DNA of 37,633 nucleotides from the UHGV virus genome UHGV-0208093; one strand, 5' to 3'. The notes under the pieces are model-generated. The model was not told where the DNA came from. It did not search any database and was given only the letters and a program-made list of their open reading frames with translations. Of this stretch, positions 35,455-37,633 are shown piece after piece. The DNA is from a virus. The position numbers and the translations under genes are program-made. Within the stretch, counting starts at the first letter, position 1; the number at the start of each line of letters is the position of its first letter.

Positions 35455-35957
35455 GCTATAATTCTCCTATCAATTAATTTTGTTTGTGACTTTTTGCTTG
35501 CCGGCGGAAGTCACTTTTTTGTTTCTTGGATAAATAACGCTTCTGGAAATACAGCCTTATTTATCGCAGTGTCTGGATATTTTTCTTTAAGCTTTTGAAA
35601 TACCAGGGCTTTCGTATCCTCAACCACGTAAATTTTCAAACTATCTTTTCCTACTGCTTTAAACATCTAAATTCCCTTCTCTCTTTTTGTTGCATAATGT
35701 ATATTTGATTTTTTTGTTGCTGGTACCATAAATCAGCAAGTTTTTTCGTTTGCTGTAGTTTTTCTTTCCTTGTCATTTATTTACCTCTCTATCTTCAAGT
35801 GCCAGATCATAAAACAGTGTCCAAATGATGAATAAGCCGATATATACATTTTGGATAATCGGATTAAAATCTCCGCCTACTAGCAGTCCTAGTCCGAATA
35901 CGATTAGCAATACTGCAATTCTTCTTAAGTTATAAATTTTTCTCATTTCATTTCTCC

Positions 35958-36143
35958 TTAAATATGCATTCTATTTTGAATCTCTAAGTATCTTAAAAAT
36001 TCGAGTTCTTTTTCAATTTGATATGCTTTTCCTTCGGTCAGTTGTTCTGATTGTCTAAGCGCTGCTCTATCATCTTGTAGCTGTTTCCGCTCTTTTTTGA
36101 TTTGGTTGAGTATCCAAGCCTCTTGTTCAGTTGTATAAGCCAT
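35958..36143 (-). CDS. Hypothetical protein (61 aa).
   Basis: ORF only. Confidence 0.3.
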   Translation of the reverse strand: MAYTTEQEAWILNQIKKERKQLQDDRAALRQSEQLTEGKAYQIEKELEFLRYLEIQNRMHI

Positions 36144-36153
36144 AATGTTCTCC

Positions 36154-36867
36154 CTACGCTATGTCGTTTAAGTCAAAACTCATTTGTCTTACAACTGTTT
36201 TTGTGGCTGTGGACGGCTCCCAGTCATTGATATATTCAATTACCATTGGATAATGTTTTTCTCTTAATTGTGATCGGGTCCCCACGCCTGTGATTTGCTT
36301 AATACCTGAATTAATATCTTTGTATAGCTTGCCACGCTGTTCCTTTGTGATTTTTCCAAATCCTCTTGCTACTTCTGCTACTCGTTGATGAACTCGACGT
36401 GATAAGTAGCCATAATCATCTGCACCGATTTTTTGATTGTCTTTTAAGTCGGCTACTTCTTTTTCAATTACATCTACACGCTCATTTGTTTCTTCATTTG
36501 CTGATAAAGCAAGCATCGCCAATTGTCTTTGCGAGGTTGGAAGTTTAGGCTGTTGAATTTCTTTTTCCATTTGATTAAAAGCTTCAATGTATTTCAGTTT
36601 GAATTCCAACACTTTTTGAGTGTTATTAAAACCTAAGACTGCTAGCGTAAATCCATCTCGATTCATATAAACAACACGGTAAGCCTGTTTATTTTGCGGA
36701 TGAATATAAGTGTCTTCACAAAATAGGTCTGCATATTTTTGTGCAAGCCCCTCTTTCAAATCATCAATTGCTTTTAAAACAGCTCTATGTTCTTTTCCAA
36801 AAGTTTCTGCAACTTGTAAACTACTTGTGACCGCTTGTTGATCTTTCATAATTACTAAGTTGTTCAT
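36154..36867 (-). CDS. Rha-family phage regulatory protein / antirepressor.
   Basis: N-terminus MNNLVIMKDQQAVTSSLQVAETFGKEHRAVLKAIDDL matches the Rha N-terminal signature. Confidence 0.6.
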   Translation of the reverse strand: MNNLVIMKDQQAVTSSLQVAETFGKEHRAVLKAIDDLKEGLAQKYADLFCEDTYIHPQNKQAYRVVYMNRDGFTLAVLGFNNTQKVLEFKLKYIEAFNQMEKEIQQPKLPTSQRQLAMLALSANEETNERVDVIEKEVADLKDNQKIGADDYGYLSRRVHQRVAEVARGFGKITKEQRGKLYKDINSGIKQITGVGTRSQLREKHYPMVIEYINDWEPSTATKTVVRQMSFDLNDIA

Positions 36868-36881
36868 TTTATTTTCCTCCT

Positions 36882-37166
36882 TTAAATCTCAAAAGTTTCT
36901 TTTAAAAACCGTTGTAACTCAGATCGTTCTATTCGTATATCTTGACCGCTCCAATGCTGTACTTTTAACCCCTGCGAAATCCAGCTACTTAATTTCCCAT
37001 CACCAATTTCTAAAATCTTCCTCACCTGCGTTTTGTTTGGATAAGGTGGTAATTCAATAGTTTTAGTCAATAAATTCAAACGATTTTCAATTTCTTTTAA
37101 TACTATGAAAGTAATGTTATTTGCTAATTCGCTTTGAACCATTTCATCAGGAATGTTTAGCTGCAT
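36882..37166 (-). CDS. Small HTH DNA-binding protein. Excisionase/MerR-like or a second early regulator.
   Basis: 94 aa. Follows cro. Confidence 0.4.
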   Translation of the reverse strand: MQLNIPDEMVQSELANNITFIVLKEIENRLNLLTKTIELPPYPNKTQVRKILEIGDGKLSSWISQGLKVQHWSGQDIRIERSELQRFLKETFEI

Positions 37167-37169
37167 AAG

Positions 37170-37361
37170 TTACACCTCCTGTTTTGTTTCTAATTTAATA
37201 TCAAGAAGCTCTTCAATTTGTTTTAAACGTTCAACTGGCTTACGATTTTCTAATAAAATATCTTGAAGATATGCCATCGAAATATCCATTTGACGTGCCA
37301 GTTCTCGTTGACTCCAATCTTTATCAATCAGAGCGTGTGCGACTTGTTTCTTTAGTGACAT
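37170..37361 (-). CDS. Cro-like XRE-family HTH regulator.
   Basis: 63 aa HTH protein (WSQRELARQMDISMAYLQDI). Divergent from the repressor across the 37362..37633 control region. Confidence 0.7.
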   Translation of the reverse strand: MSLKKQVAHALIDKDWSQRELARQMDISMAYLQDILLENRKPVERLKQIEELLDIKLETKQEV

Positions 37362-37633
37362 TTGTGGTTCCCTCCTATCGATTGAATATTTTCTCCACTT
37401 ATATTCTTTTTACGCTTGACACAAAAAGGAATATAAGCTAACATGTAAGCATAAGAAATACAGCACACAAAAAGCGAGCTTTACTGATGTCCGGGAAGAC
37501 TATTTAGTTTATGCTTACGATTTTTGTATGCCATAAATAGCTTGCTTACATGAATACTATAACGGAATAAATTCCTTATGTCAACTAATTTTTAGTTTTT
37601 TTTCCTTATTTTATTTTGTAAAGCTGTGAAAGG
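37362..37633. promoter_or_regulatory. Lysogeny switch control region. A rightward promoter TTGACA(37416..37421)-17-TAACAT is present. Three related 14-bp operator-like sites are present: CATGTAAGCATAAG at 37442..37455, TTTATGCTTACGAT at 37508..37521 in inverse orientation, and GCTTACATG at 37544..37552.
   Basis: Repeats and hexamers read directly. The location is between the divergent cro-like and cI-like genes. Confidence 0.5.

Overview
The window reads as a complete, circularly permuted temperate siphovirus genome of a low-GC Firmicutes host; the gene content looks Enterococcus/Listeria-like. About 37.6 kb are almost entirely coding. The window boundary falls inside the lysogeny switch. A Cro-like gene (37170..37361, minus strand) sits at the right end. 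A cI/ImmR-like repressor starts at nt 10 on the plus strand, and its ribosome-binding site is the last 6 nt of the window. The repressor is followed by an ImmA-family protease, a tyrosine integrase and an attP-like arm-repeat region. Nearly everything from 3074 to 37361 is on the minus strand, in the classic order: cro, antirepressor, ERF-type recombination module, replisome organizer with an internal iteron origin, HNH nuclease, small DNA methyltransferase, YopX, nuclease, ArpU late activator, terS, terL, portal, minor head protein, scaffold, major capsid, connector proteins, major tail, tail chaperones, tape measure, Dit, Tal, receptor-binding protein, holin, and a secreted GH25-LysM endolysin. 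An independently transcribed 3-gene accessory cassette and a phage-borne tRNA-Met follow. Four things stand out. First, four tandem paralogous small structured RNA genes sit on the opposite strand between the ArpU region and terS; each has its own extended -10 promoter, an anti-SD-like CCUU motif and an intrinsic terminator, and one compensatory change preserves a 5'/3' closing stem. Second, canonical -1 frameshift sites (C CCA AAA plus a downstream stem-loop) lie at the 3' ends of both the major capsid and major tail genes and would append homologous ~25-aa extensions. Third, a tRNA-Asn, a 45-aa zinc-ribbon micro-ORF and dedicated terminators form a plus-strand island. Fourth, the accessory cassette at 3074..4465 looks like a toxin/HTH-antitoxin/third-gene module. 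Coordinates for features I derived by hand (tRNAs, sRNAs, recoding sites, repeats) may be off by 1-2 nt.
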